Shown piece after piece: positions 28,041 to 40,942 of a stretch of 64,000 nt of DNA. Location: the NCBI GenBank assembly GCA_964016885.1, contig OZ024743.1:290098001-290162000 (forward strand), given 5' to 3'. Position 1 is the first letter of the stretch; each line of letters starts with the position of its first letter. The notes under the pieces are model-generated. The model was given only the letters and a program-made list of their open reading frames with translations. It made no database searches and had not been told where the DNA came from. The DNA comes from Eledone cirrhosa. Taxonomy: Eukaryota. A program made the translations under genes and the position numbers.

Positions 28041-28546
28041 AGGCGGGGTGGGGGTGATGGAGAAATTTCAGTGAGACGTCAAAAGACTTTTCCTTGAGGC
28101 TGATTTACAGAAAATGTAATTTCAATTACAAAGCTGGTCCTGATAAGTATAAAAACAAATAAAATATTTTCGTTTCCATACTCGTACAAGGTCTGTGACA
28201 GGTGACTTACTAAAAATACATTACTTGTAGTGATTATGTAACGTTCGATTTGCAAAATGCAACTTAATAGGTTTCTATTTTTAGAAATAAGCAATGAAGA
28301 TTTTAGACAATAATTTTCAAGCATGCTGTGTAGACGTCTAGGGAAAAATAACGGAGCACCATTCAATAACATTTTTTACAATCCCCAGGACCACAGCATA
28401 GCAAACACTTACAGGTTGACATTTAAAAAATTATATATATATATATATATATATGTTTATTGAAAATATATATATGCACATGAGAACACATATACGAACG
28501 CATAAATACAATTACACACACACATATATATATACACACATATGTG

Positions 28547-28656
<110 letters not shown>

Positions 28657-28837
28657 TATACATTGCATATGTTTATGTGTATGTATTTATGTGTCATTAC
28701 AGTTGATTGAGCATTTAAATATCGTAATAGCTAATCTTATTTCCTATTGAAAACTCGCCTCTAGGATATAACACCCCTGTAACCACAATGGTGGACACAT
28801 ATAATCACAAGCTGAGACACACTGATACATATATATC

Positions 28838-28884
<47 letters not shown>

Positions 28885-28886
<2 letters not shown>

Positions 28887-30050
28887 TAATAAAAACAATG
28901 AATAAAAACAAAGAACAAGTTCCTTATATTAAAAAATTCATCATTTTACGATCGTTTCTAGGATGTATATGTGTATTAGTATGTATGTCATATAGATCTA
29001 TGTAAAAAATATTACAAACTATCAGAGGAAATATACATACCTTCACATATATATGCTGTCTTCAGAAATTATGAGATTTGTTTATTGAAAAAAACCAACA
29101 AAAATTATAGGTCTGTTTGGGAACAGGTTTTAAATTGACCAATAGAAAAGTAGTAAGAGGTCAAGTTGATAGAATAATAGTAGTAGAAATTTAATTTAGG
29201 GGTAGAGGGGTGCAGACTTATGTTTTGAATAGAAAGAATACTTTGAATGAAAAGAATACTTTGGGGATGATAAGAGGTCAAGCTGGTGAAGGCTACACGA
29301 AAATTTGATGTTATTAAAGAATAGTGTTAAAAACGAAGGATAGTAAAATTTTATGGTAAGTCTTATTTAAACCACAAGGAAACTAGATCTATAACAAGAA
29401 ATTAAATTAATTGATAGGTATACTTATAGGGATAAATTTATATTACTTTATATGGATGTGATAAATAAGAATTAGATGTTATTAAAGAATGTTGTTAAAA
29501 ACGGAGGAAAATAACATTTTGGGATAAGGGTAGTAGTTAGAAATACCAATCTTATATAAACTACAAGGAATCTAGATTCATAACAGGAAATTAAATTAAT
29601 TTATATGTATACTTTTAGGTATTAATTTTAAGAAAAGAGAGCTGTAAGAGGGAAATAAAATGATGAAGTTCTCTGAAGTATAGTTATAGGTTAACTAAAT
29701 TAAAAATCTAATTATAATAATATGTAAAATATAAGTGTAAGGTGTATATTAATTAGGTTTATAATATTTGAAAGTACTTCTAATTCTATGATTGCAAGAT
29801 ATAATTAATTCTTGTCGCTTATTTATCCTGAGATTTCATTATTTCAATCTACGCTAATATCTGTTATTTTGTTATCTACGCTAATATGTGTTATTTTGAT
29901 AAGGGTGGCCCTTTTGAGCACACTCCAGGTCAGGTTGTAATCGATATTCTTTTTTCTATAATTATTAATTGTTTCAGCCAAGGATGTTGTATTAGCTAAT
30001 GCGGCATTTTAAAAACTATGTTTGAGGGTATTAAATCTTACTTAAATTGT
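28885..30050 (-). mobile_element. Penelope-like remnant (GIY-YIG C-terminus + 3' pLTR with HHR)
   Basis: Manual translation of ~29900-30050: RFNTLKHSF*NAALANTTSLAETINNYRKKNIDYNLTWSVLKRA; HHR cataattt-CTGAAGA..~100 nt..GAAA-cgatcg-TA-aaatgatg (28939-29073); ~170-bp tandem duplication 29305-29620. Confidence 0.75.
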
Positions 30051-30617
30051 TTATATATATGAATATATACATTTTTTAGTGTTTGCGTTAGTGTATCTTT
30101 GTGTGTGTTTGTTTCCAAGCTATATGCTGCCGTGTGTTTTTGTGAGTGTGTAATTGAATGGAAGTTACTAAGTAGTTTGAATAAGTGACTAAGTGATTAA
30201 GAATATAGTCATTAATTAGCTAGGCCCCTATCGATTATATTATGGAAAATGCTGTCACCGTATTCAGTTCCTGTGATATATATTTTTGAAATTGCGATGT
30301 TTCATAATGTTATGATATTTTCTATGTTTTTCCTAATTGGCAAGCTTCGGCCATGACTTCTCCTTCCAGGAACTGACTCTGGACAAATCTAGCAGTAGAT
30401 CATGGATGGAAGCTACATCACAGTCCAAGGATAATATAAAAGCCAATGCGATGATCCCAGTGTCGTAACAACGCATTATCTAACTGAATCGTAACAACGC
30501 ATTATCTAACTGAATCGTAGAATAGTAATCAAATAAGCAACCTTACCTTCTTGATCCTAGCACACTGAAAACTAGGCCACCCTATTAGAACCCTTTTCAA
30601 AATTTACTGACAATCGT

Positions 30618-33600
30618 GTGTTAAAATCGGTTCGGTTTTATGCAAAGTTCGGTTTTATGCAAAGGCTAAAAACTTTATGGCACTCCAAACACCCAGAATT
30701 AGACTTTTCTCCAAAGCATCTAAATGAACAGGCAAAACGTATCATTAGATGTAAATTGATACATCTAACGGAATCGAGTGATACTACAAATACAGCCCTT
30801 GTAGACAACCACCCCACCTCCACTGACAGACAAAGAGAATGGCCAGCTAAATCTAACAGTGAACAGCTCACCAACAATTTTGCTGAAATCCATCCCACTT
30901 CCACTGAAGAACAGCGAGAAAGGTCAGCTGACTCTAGTAGTAATTGTCACCACATCAACAACGAGGCTGCAATTCATGACTCTACTGAACAAACAGAGCA
31001 CCAAAAACTTGTGGGCACCCTACAAGTGATATGGAACGATATGTTTCAAGAGATTCACAGCCTTAATGTGAGTGACAGACCATACAACACTAGAGTCAGT
31101 AAAGAACCCACTAAATTGGAATTGGAAGCGGTGAACGAAATAGCTGGCAATTATCTGAAGGCTATACGATCTAAAGGTGTAGAAACGACATTTGAAACGC
31201 TCAATGTTTTGTTATATGTTTCAGCTGTCACATTGCTATCATATAACACACATCTAAAACCACGCAATCAAGATACAAACAGAAAGCCTGAACCAGCGTG
31301 GATGCGAAATTTAAAAACCAAAATTTTGTCCCTGAGACGAAGTATCTCACACATCGCAGTCGTTATGAAATGCAACATAGAGAGAAACTTCACACGACAC
31401 CAGGAAGACCTAAAGAAAAAGTTAGAGAGACGATTTGGAGATACGAAATTTAAAACTTTGAACTCCAAATTACACCAGTTGAAACAACAACTCACAGCTA
31501 CAACAGAAAGACTAAAATATAAGTCAACAGCCCATAAACGACAAGTGCTAAATAGATTGTTTGCCAGAGATCCTAAATCAGTTTATCGCAGCTTCAGTGG
31601 CAAAAGCTCAATCCCTGTAAACGACACCCCTTCAAAAGAACAGGTTGAGAACTACTGGAGATCTGTATGGGAAACGGATGACGGATTCAACAGACAAGCT
31701 AATTGGCTAAAACAACTGGAACAGGACTACTGCCAACATGTCCAGACAAAACAATATGACATAGATGGGTCAATACTGGAAACAGCTCTACAGAAAATGT
31801 CGAATAGGAAATCGCCAGGCCCAGACCTCATTACAGGATACTGGTTGAAGAATTTCACTTTCTATCGGCAAGATCTCATACGGCTGTTTACAGAAACCAT
31901 TAAGGGCACACAAGAACTGCCCAGAGGGTTATCAACTGCCACTACTCTCCTCATTCCCCAAAATAGCCAAACCACCCTTGCTAAAAATTACCGCCCAATT
32001 GCCTGCCAAAACATCATGTATAAATTATATACTGGGTGCCTTAACCTGTTCTTACAGGATCACTGTGCTACCAACAACATCATAACACATGAGCAAGCTG
32101 GTGGAAAGAGGGAGGTGTGGGGTTGCATAGATCACCTACTAACTAACAAAATGATTCAGGAAAAAACAACAAAGAATCGCAGAAACATGACTGTCGTGTG
32201 GCTGGACTATCAAAAAGCATTTGATAGTGTACCTCATGGGTGGATTATTAAGGCTTTACAGTTAGCTAAAGTCCCACAACCATTAGTAGCTGCTGTTGAA
32301 CGCCTGACCAAGAACTGGTACACCAATTTGATCCTTAGAGGTGAGAAGGAGCAGGTTAAGACTGATAGGATACATTACCAGAAGGGCATCTTTCAGGGTG
32401 ATAGCTTGTCAGTACTACTCTTCGTTCTCTCACTGAATCCATTATCTTACCTACTCAGGAAACAAGGTGGACAAAGAAGTGGGCCCAGAAGTATCTCCCA
32501 TCTTTTCTTTGTTGATGACCTGAAGTTGTATGGGCCAAATATCAATGACATCAAGAAACAATTGGACCTCATTACACAATTTTCAACCGACATCAAAATG
32601 AAATTTGGTGAGTCCAAGTGTGCATATTTGGCAGTAAAACGTGGAAGAGCTGTGCCCTCCTCTAGAAATCTAGATATGAACGGCCTGACAATACAACCTC
32701 TGCAGTCAGGTGACAACTACAGATATCTTGGACAGGATGAGAATGTCAGATATGATGGACCCATAAATAAGGAGAGAACCAGAACTGAATACCTCAGAAG
32801 AGTAAAAAAAATATGGTCATCAGAACTGTCAGCATACAACAAATACATTGCCCACAATACCTATGCTGTGCCAATTCTAACGCCAACATTTGGCCTACTG
32901 AACTGGTCATTGCAAGAACTAAGTGAGATGGATGTTAGAACTCGAAAACTTCTCAGTGTTACTGGGAATTTTAACATCAATGGTAATGTGGATAGGCTAT
33001 ACTTCTCACGCAAGGAAGGTGGCCGGGGTCTAAAATCAATATTAACAACATATGAGACCCGGATAGTAACACTGAAGCAACACCTTCAACAGAGGAAAAA
33101 GGTTGGCGACCATCTTGCTCAGGTTTATGAGCATGAAAAAAGAAATATCATTAGAATAGCGACTGATCTGGAGGAGAGATATGGAATAAAGCCTGATATA
33201 AATCTCTCACCCAGAGAAATCGGAAGATCCTATTCAATGTTCAAACAAGAAAAAAAAATTGACCAATTTACAGAGAAAGTTGTGCATGGATACTTGAGGC
33301 GTAAAACACAGACCATAGAGGGGATAAACCACTCAAAAAGCCTGGCATGGAGTTCCGACAAGTTTATGACATCACACCTTGAGGGATATCTCTATGCAAT
33401 ACAGGAACAAGAACTCCCTACCAAATATCTGCTGCACAAAAGAGGAGGGCCAGCAGCTGACAATAAATGTAGGCTATGTAAAACAAAGATCGAGGATGTA
33501 AGCCACATTGTTGCCAGCTGCGAAAGAATGTCATCTCGCTACTACCTCCCCATGAGACACGATGGGATAGCTAGAACTATCTATAACGCACTTCGGAAAA

Positions 33601-34040
33601 CAAAATTAACAACAAACGAGGAAGAATATATTGAGACAGATGGCACTAAGGAATACTGGTGGAACCTGAAAATAAAAACTGCCACCAAATTAAAGCACAA
33701 CCGGCCTGATATTGTAGTTTGGGATCACACATTGAAAACGTGTTCTGTTGTGGAGATCAGCTGCCCACTTGATGTAAACGTTGTCAGAAAAATACAGGAG
33801 AAGGAGGACATCTACGGACCATTGATGAGGAGCTTACAAATCCAGTATCCAAGATACACCTTTAGCTTCATACCCATCATTATTGGTGCTACGGGTTATA
33901 TACCAACCCGCTTGGACCAAAGTATGACCGAACTTGGATTTGCGGACAAAAAGCGCAGCTCCCTAATTCATAGTCTACAAATGGCTGCGATAGCTGACAC
34001 CTTCAAAATATGCAAAACATTCTTGCGATTCAAGGGTTGA
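30618..34040 (+). CDS. R4/Dong-clade non-LTR retrotransposon polyprotein (RT, CCHC finger, PD-(D/E)xK restriction-like endonuclease)
   Basis: KSPGPD, NYRPIAC, WLDYQKAFDSVPH, GIFQGDSLS, HLFFVDDLKLY, YRYLG, GGRGL; CRLC..HIVASC, RHD, RPDIVVW..VEISCP; open for 1140 aa; start codon doubtful (probably 5'-truncated). Confidence 0.93.
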   Translation: MLKSVRFYAKFGFMQRLKTLWHSKHPELDFSPKHLNEQAKRIIRCKLIHLTESSDTTNTALVDNHPTSTDRQREWPAKSNSEQLTNNFAEIHPTSTEEQRERSADSSSNCHHINNEAAIHDSTEQTEHQKLVGTLQVIWNDMFQEIHSLNVSDRPYNTRVSKEPTKLELEAVNEIAGNYLKAIRSKGVETTFETLNVLLYVSAVTLLSYNTHLKPRNQDTNRKPEPAWMRNLKTKILSLRRSISHIAVVMKCNIERNFTRHQEDLKKKLERRFGDTKFKTLNSKLHQLKQQLTATTERLKYKSTAHKRQVLNRLFARDPKSVYRSFSGKSSIPVNDTPSKEQVENYWRSVWETDDGFNRQANWLKQLEQDYCQHVQTKQYDIDGSILETALQKMSNRKSPGPDLITGYWLKNFTFYRQDLIRLFTETIKGTQELPRGLSTATTLLIPQNSQTTLAKNYRPIACQNIMYKLYTGCLNLFLQDHCATNNIITHEQAGGKREVWGCIDHLLTNKMIQEKTTKNRRNMTVVWLDYQKAFDSVPHGWIIKALQLAKVPQPLVAAVERLTKNWYTNLILRGEKEQVKTDRIHYQKGIFQGDSLSVLLFVLSLNPLSYLLRKQGGQRSGPRSISHLFFVDDLKLYGPNINDIKKQLDLITQFSTDIKMKFGESKCAYLAVKRGRAVPSSRNLDMNGLTIQPLQSGDNYRYLGQDENVRYDGPINKERTRTEYLRRVKKIWSSELSAYNKYIAHNTYAVPILTPTFGLLNWSLQELSEMDVRTRKLLSVTGNFNINGNVDRLYFSRKEGGRGLKSILTTYETRIVTLKQHLQQRKKVGDHLAQVYEHEKRNIIRIATDLEERYGIKPDINLSPREIGRSYSMFKQEKKIDQFTEKVVHGYLRRKTQTIEGINHSKSLAWSSDKFMTSHLEGYLYAIQEQELPTKYLLHKRGGPAADNKCRLCKTKIEDVSHIVASCERMSSRYYLPMRHDGIARTIYNALRKTKLTTNEEEYIETDGTKEYWWNLKIKTATKLKHNRPDIVVWDHTLKTCSVVEISCPLDVNVVRKIQEKEDIYGPLMRSLQIQYPRYTFSFIPIIIGATGYIPTRLDQSMTELGFADKKRSSLIHSLQMAAIADTFKICKTFLRFKG

Positions 34041-34170
34041 CAATTTCTTTTCTTTTACAACCTTGCCACCAGGATGGTGGCCGGTCAAAAAAATATACTT
34101 GAAATTAAGAGAAAGAGAAATCATACATACATACATACATACATACATACATACACACATACATACATAC
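30630..34170 (+). mobile_element. Young RLE-type LINE with ~80-bp 3' UTR and (CATA)n tail
   Basis: ORF above, then (CATA)n at 34122-34170. Confidence 0.88.
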
Positions 34171-34171
34171 A

Positions 34172-35408
34172 CCTCGAAGCGAAGAAACCCGTTTCTCGAG
34201 CAAGTTTGTCTGCATGAAACAGATGAGATCATGAGAGTTGGGAAGGAACTCCTTGAGAGATATTCCTTGTGTGATAATCAAAATCTCACACCCAGGAATG
34301 TCGCTCAGCAGTATCGCAGTGAATCCATGGATGAAAAACTGCATGCCTATCAGCAAAAAATCATGCATTGATATGTTGACAGGAGGCTCCAGAGTGAGAG
34401 TAATATAGATAAGGAAAGTAGTCTATCTTGGACCAACAACCGCTATATTGGCTCCCACTTTTAAGGATATGCTTTTGCAATCCAGGAACAGGTGATTAGC
34501 ACGAAATACCTGATTCACAAAAGAGATAGGGATGCAGGCAAAACACCTAGATGTGATAACAAGTGCAGACTCTGCAGAACTAACATCGAGGATATCACCC
34601 ATGTCATCAGCAGCTGTCCAAAGATGTCATCGCGGTACTATCTACCTATGAGGCATGATGCAGTGGCCAAAACACTGTACAATGCAGTTCGTAAAAAAAG
34701 ATAACACCGATAATAAACATATTAAAAGATACAGCAATATGGAAGATATCCATGTACATAATATGAAAGAGTACAGGTGGAATGTTCCTGTAAAAAAAAC
34801 AATAAAATGCAGGCATAACAGACCAGATATTATGATATGGGACAGGGAGAATAAAGCATGCACAGTAGTGGAAATCAGCTGCCCAGCAGATGCCAATATA
34901 ATATCAAAGATTAGCGAAAAGGAGAACATTTTTGCAGAACTGATGAGAAATCTGCAGATTCTCCACCCTGATTACACTTTCAGATTTATGCCTGTGATTA
35001 TTGGGGCACTGGGATAAGTTAGTAACTGCCTCAATACAAATCTTGAGAAGCTAGGCTTCACAGGAACAGAAAGAACACAACTAGTTAGGAAATTACAAGT
35101 ACAATCCATTAATGGAAAAATATGTAAGACATTCCAAAATTTTGCATCTAATAACTGCATATACACATATACAGATGCAAAGCATATACACATGCACACA
35201 TACAACTCGAAACATACACATCCACACATAAAATAACATCCATATCTACACATGCATGCATACATACATATCTACCTAGTTGATGTGTAAATTCCAATGA
35301 GAAAGTCTAGTGTCTATGTTAGAAACCGACTCTCTCTCTATTGGTAAAACTTTGTGAAATTATAAAACCAGAAGAACATACATACATAATACATACATGC
35401 ATACATAT
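34172..35408 (+). pseudogene. Second, 5'-truncated and decayed R4/Dong-type element in tandem
   Basis: CRLCRTNIEDITHVISSCPKMSSRYYLPMRHD, HNRPDIMIWD..VVEISCP with stops and frameshift; ends in CATA repeats at ~35377-35406. Confidence 0.9.
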
Positions 35409-36938
35409 TTGTGCGTATGTGTTTTTGTGAGAATGTTAATTATAGCCCAATTCGTTGATCATATACTCTAATCACTGCTAATTATTTAAGTGTGGCTGAG
35501 TCATACATCCCCGCTTAAAAATGTAATACCCGTGTGCCAAATAATTCAAAGGCTTTTGGTATCACAATCCCTTTCGCACACTCTTACTTGTTCCGTTACT
35601 ATTACTATTTTTGTAACTTGATTTTCCATTGACACATGATTCTACTAATATTTTACGTTTGGATTCTCTTTCATAGCCAAGATATACCATATTTTAAAGG
35701 AAATTAATAATACTGCTAAATATATTACCGCATTTGAATCGATGAATATCTGGAATAAATGGAATAATATCAATGAAGATTGACAACGAAAACTCAATTG
35801 TTTACAGCATTGTAGAAATGAAAGCGACAATAGGAGCTCGTGCTCAACGGAATTTGAAACGTGCATATTTCTGAATTACAATTCTTCAAGCATGTTGTAT
35901 ATGTTAATCGCCAAGTGCAGAGATCTCCCGTCTAGGTTGTGTATCTGGATTTGAGTGAAAAATATACGGCACGACACCACGTAAAATGATATTTTGCATA
36001 TTGAGGTTACAGCAGTGATGTCAGATGAGATGCATCTTGTGATTCATTGGCGACAATACTACAGTTGATATTTCTTTTTTGTTCCGGAGTAGGATCTAGA
36101 TGAATATGCTTTGTTATTAGAAAACACTTTTTTTTTTTAGCTTTTATCCAATTGTCCCTCCTTTAATACATGTACATATATCAGGTAAACGAATGAGTGA
36201 TAATATATTTCATATAGTAGATAACTAGTCCGTTGTTTAGTATTATTAATAAACTAACTGCTTCAACACTTACATAAATAGTGATATCAAGTTGTGTGAA
36301 TACATTTTTACGCTAAATATACCATTGCACCCCTGTCAATTTTAACTTCATATATGTCAAATTAATTATGCGTCTGTAATCACAATGTACTGTCTGCTTC
36401 TACTAAATAGGTGTACTGTAGCAACAAACTTCAACGATGTAAATTATTATTATATATATATATCATTAAACTCAAAACCTCAGGGGAGGTTTAATTTAAC
36501 AAAACAAGTGTGCATACGGCAGTGAGGTAAGACTCATTCTGTAATCTGAAGATTATATTTTGAGTCGAGAAATTACATGTATTGCAATGGTGTAAAGTAT
36601 TCATGAGCACAAATGCACACACCCACGCGCACACATATACACATATATAAATATTAAATGAATGTATATATATATATACATATATACATATATGTGTGTA
36701 TGTGTGTATGTATATATAGGTCAATATTGATGATTACTTCTAAGAAAAAGTACCAACTCTAAGGTCACCCAGCATTTCAAACCAATCCCAGCCAAACCTT
36801 GTATCCACTATTCAAAGGATCCCACATAGCAGTCTGCAGCCACAACAACCGTCCGCTACCTCCTTCTCCTCCTATCCCCCCTGCTTCTATCCTCTCTACT
36901 CACAACAAACCCATTAGCAGAGAATGATGGACAGACAA

Positions 36939-37576
<638 letters not shown>

Positions 37577-37609
37577 ATATATATATATTTATATATATAT
37601 AGAAGAAAG

Positions 37610-37652
<43 letters not shown>

Positions 37653-37654
37653 GA

Positions 37655-37920
37655 CGCTGTTTTTCCGATGCAACCAGGGTTGGCTATATTCTGGGCCTGT
37701 CTTACGAACGACATTCGAAAACAGCTGTGAACTGGACTCCACCTGGTGGCAAAGGGAAGCGTGGTTGTCCCACAATCACGTGGCGGCGGACGTTAGAAAA
37801 AGACCTGATGTCAATCAATATCACTTTGCAAGGAAGAAAAAAAGCTGCCGCTGATCGTGACCATTGGCGACTACTTACTGCTCGATGCACCGAAAGGCGC
37901 GGTAGAACCTAAGACTATGA
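37655..37920 (+). mobile_element. RTE-clade LINE 3' fragment
   Basis: NWTPPGGKGKRGCPTITWRRTLEKDL...AAADRDHWR, a typical RTE C-terminus. Confidence 0.8.
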
Positions 37921-39074
37921 CAAAGAATGTTGATTTTACGAGTTACAATTGCTTCACAGTACCTGGTGAAGTGCAACCTCATGAATGTTTACTCTGATGT
38001 AAGTTTGATAACTCATGTTCAATTAGAGGCAGCACCAATTAAACTCAGTGTATGAAGTCCTTGCACAAATAATTGCCCCTAGTTTAGCACTTGTTTCTGA
38101 AATAAAAATTTCCGGATTATTTTTATTCAGTATATATGAGGTTAGCTGATGTTAGTAAAGGAAATCAGTATCTTCTTTAATCACAAGTTTAAAGCTGGTC
38201 ACTGTCTGTGAGCTATCTTGTCCACAGCAATTCGTCTTGGATATTATCCTTATGATGCTGTACTGGTTACATTCCCGGTATATAGAGTGTTCACAAAACT
38301 CAGTGTTTTCGCTCAAACGTTAGTAGTATATTCGTTGGATGTTTGTCGATACGTTTAAATGTAAATAATGTAAATAATGTAAAAAATCTTGAAGTTGTCA
38401 AGCAGAGATATTTTGATTATGGATTCATTTGCGTTTTGTATATTTGTGAGTCTGTTTGTGTATACATGGAAGCGTCTCTATATATTTTTGCAATATATAT
38501 ATATAAACGTGTTGCTGTTATTATATTATACAAATTCAAGCACAGCAAAAAGAGATAATTTGGTGTCAAATCTAATCTCATGTCGTCTATCTTTTTTTCT
38601 TGTATGTGAAATGGTTGTAAATGTAAAGATATCATAGTTGTATGGAATGTAAATAAGTTACACCGTCTGTCGTTCCCTACGAAAAATATATTTCAACTGT
38701 TTTCGGAATTAATATATTAGTATATATTCAAGTCGCCTCTGCATACACGAAGACATAAGTTCGATATTATTTGTAGCTTGATATTACAGGCATATCTATC
38801 AATCTATATATCTATGTATCTGTCGATCGATCAATCCAACTGTTTATCAACCCATCTATCTATCTTTCTATTTATATATCTATCTATACCCTCTGTTTTC
38901 TTCTCACATTACACTACATAATATAAGTGAAATGTTACTGGTTAAGTCAAGTAAGAGTACCATTCAGTGAGTCGAACTTAATATTCTGTTCAACTAGCGT
39001 ATAATTATAATAAGTATTTCCTTACCAATGGTTAAGGTTTTTATATTTTCTAACGGAAAACCTAACGTTAGGAC

Positions 39075-39214
<140 letters not shown>

Positions 39215-39270
39215 TGTGATGTATTAAATTATATATATATGTATATACGTATATATATATATATGTATAC

Positions 39271-39318
<48 letters not shown>

Positions 39319-39339
39319 GCGTAAATTATATATATATGT

Positions 39340-39881
39340 ATGCACGTGTACATACTTATATTTCAGTAACAACCGTACTAAGAGTGGGAAAGGAAATTTC
39401 GTTTCATTTTTTCCGTTTATCGTTTTCGGTGCACCGGGCCTATTAACCCACTCGATATGCAAATTGGGCTACTCAGCCGTTAATATGCATACGGTAAGTA
39501 TATACGTTCAACAATCTGGCAGGAAGGTATACGTTGCTGACGATAGCTAATAAGCTTAAAACTAGTACAGCGTTCCTTTGTCAGTGTTGAACAAACGAGC
39601 AACGATGGTTGCTAGACACTACGGCTTAATACGGGATGTTTGGTTACAAACACACCGAGCATTATAATAAATGTTCGGTGAATCCATACGTACATATATA
39701 TATATATATATATGTGCATGTATGTATATATATATACATACTACTGTACGTCTATATACATATATGTATGTACGTGTACATACTTATATATAACTAACAG
39801 CCGTCCTAAGAGTGGGAAATGAAATTTCCTTTCATTTTTCCGTATATGTATATATATATATATATATTCATGTGATGTATT

Positions 39882-39952
<71 letters not shown>

Positions 39953-40886
39953 GTAAATATGTATGTATGTATACGTACATACATATATGTATACAGACGC
40001 ACAATAGTATGTATATATATACATACATGCTCACATATATATATATATATGCACGTATCGGTTTACCGAACATTTATTATGATGCTCGGTTTGTTTGTTT
40101 GTAAACAAACAGCCTGAATTACGCCGTACAGTGTTTAGACAACCGCGTCACCCTTTTGTTCAAGACTGACACAGGAACTATGTACTAGTTTCAAGCTTAT
40201 TAGCTATCGTCAGCATCGTATACCTTCCTGCCAGATGGTTGAACGTCTGAAAGTATATACTTTCCTTATCCATATTAACTACTGTACGTCTGTATACATA
40301 TATGTAAGTACGTATACATACATACTTACATTTAAGTAACTGCGGTACTAAGAGTGAGAAATGAAATATCGTTTCATTCTATTCCATTTATCGTTTTCGG
40401 TGCGCCCAGCCGACTAAACTCACTCGAAATGCAAATTAGGCTGCTCAGCCGTTAATATGCATAAGGAAAGTATATACTTTCAGACGTTCAACCATCTGGC
40501 AGGAAGGTATACGATGCTGACGATAGCTAATAAGCTTGAAACTAGTACATCGTTCATGTGTCAGTGTTGAACAAAAAGGTGACGTGGTTGCCTAAACACT
40601 GTACGGCGTAATTCGGGCTCTTTCTTTGTTTACAAACAAACAAACCGAACATTATAATAAATGTTCGGTAAACCGATACGTGCATATATATATGTGTTGA
40701 TGTATCTATATATATAACTTTGAATAACTTTGAAATGTTTTGGCCAGTATTGGCCCAGGCCATGTCTAACTTAATAGCACCACCTGGTGTACGTATGTAT
40801 ATATGTATGTACGTATACATACATATTTACATGTAAGTAACTGCCGGACCAAGAGTGAGAAATGAAATTTCGTTTCATTCTATTCC

Positions 40887-40890
<4 letters not shown>
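39340..40890. mobile_element. Cluster of three family-beta elements (39340-39843 +, ~39960-40280 -, 40281-40890 +)
   Basis: Homology to 11984-12477; HHRs at 39531-39573 (GAAA mutated to AAAA), 40177-40219 (-) and 40511-40553 (+, intact); the + copies are terminally redundant. Confidence 0.85.
40511..40553 (+). ncRNA. Intact minimal hammerhead ribozyme
   Basis: acgatg-CTGACGA-tagc/gctt-GAAA-ctag-TA-catcgt; stem I covaries relative to 12261-12303. Confidence 0.88.

Positions 40891-40937
<47 letters not shown>

Positions 40938-40942
<5 letters not shown>

Noticed and set aside
28079-28420. Possible minus-strand exon with gtaagt donors and a ttttccctag acceptor
   Set aside because: No recognisable protein and no partner exons; such motifs are expected by chance.
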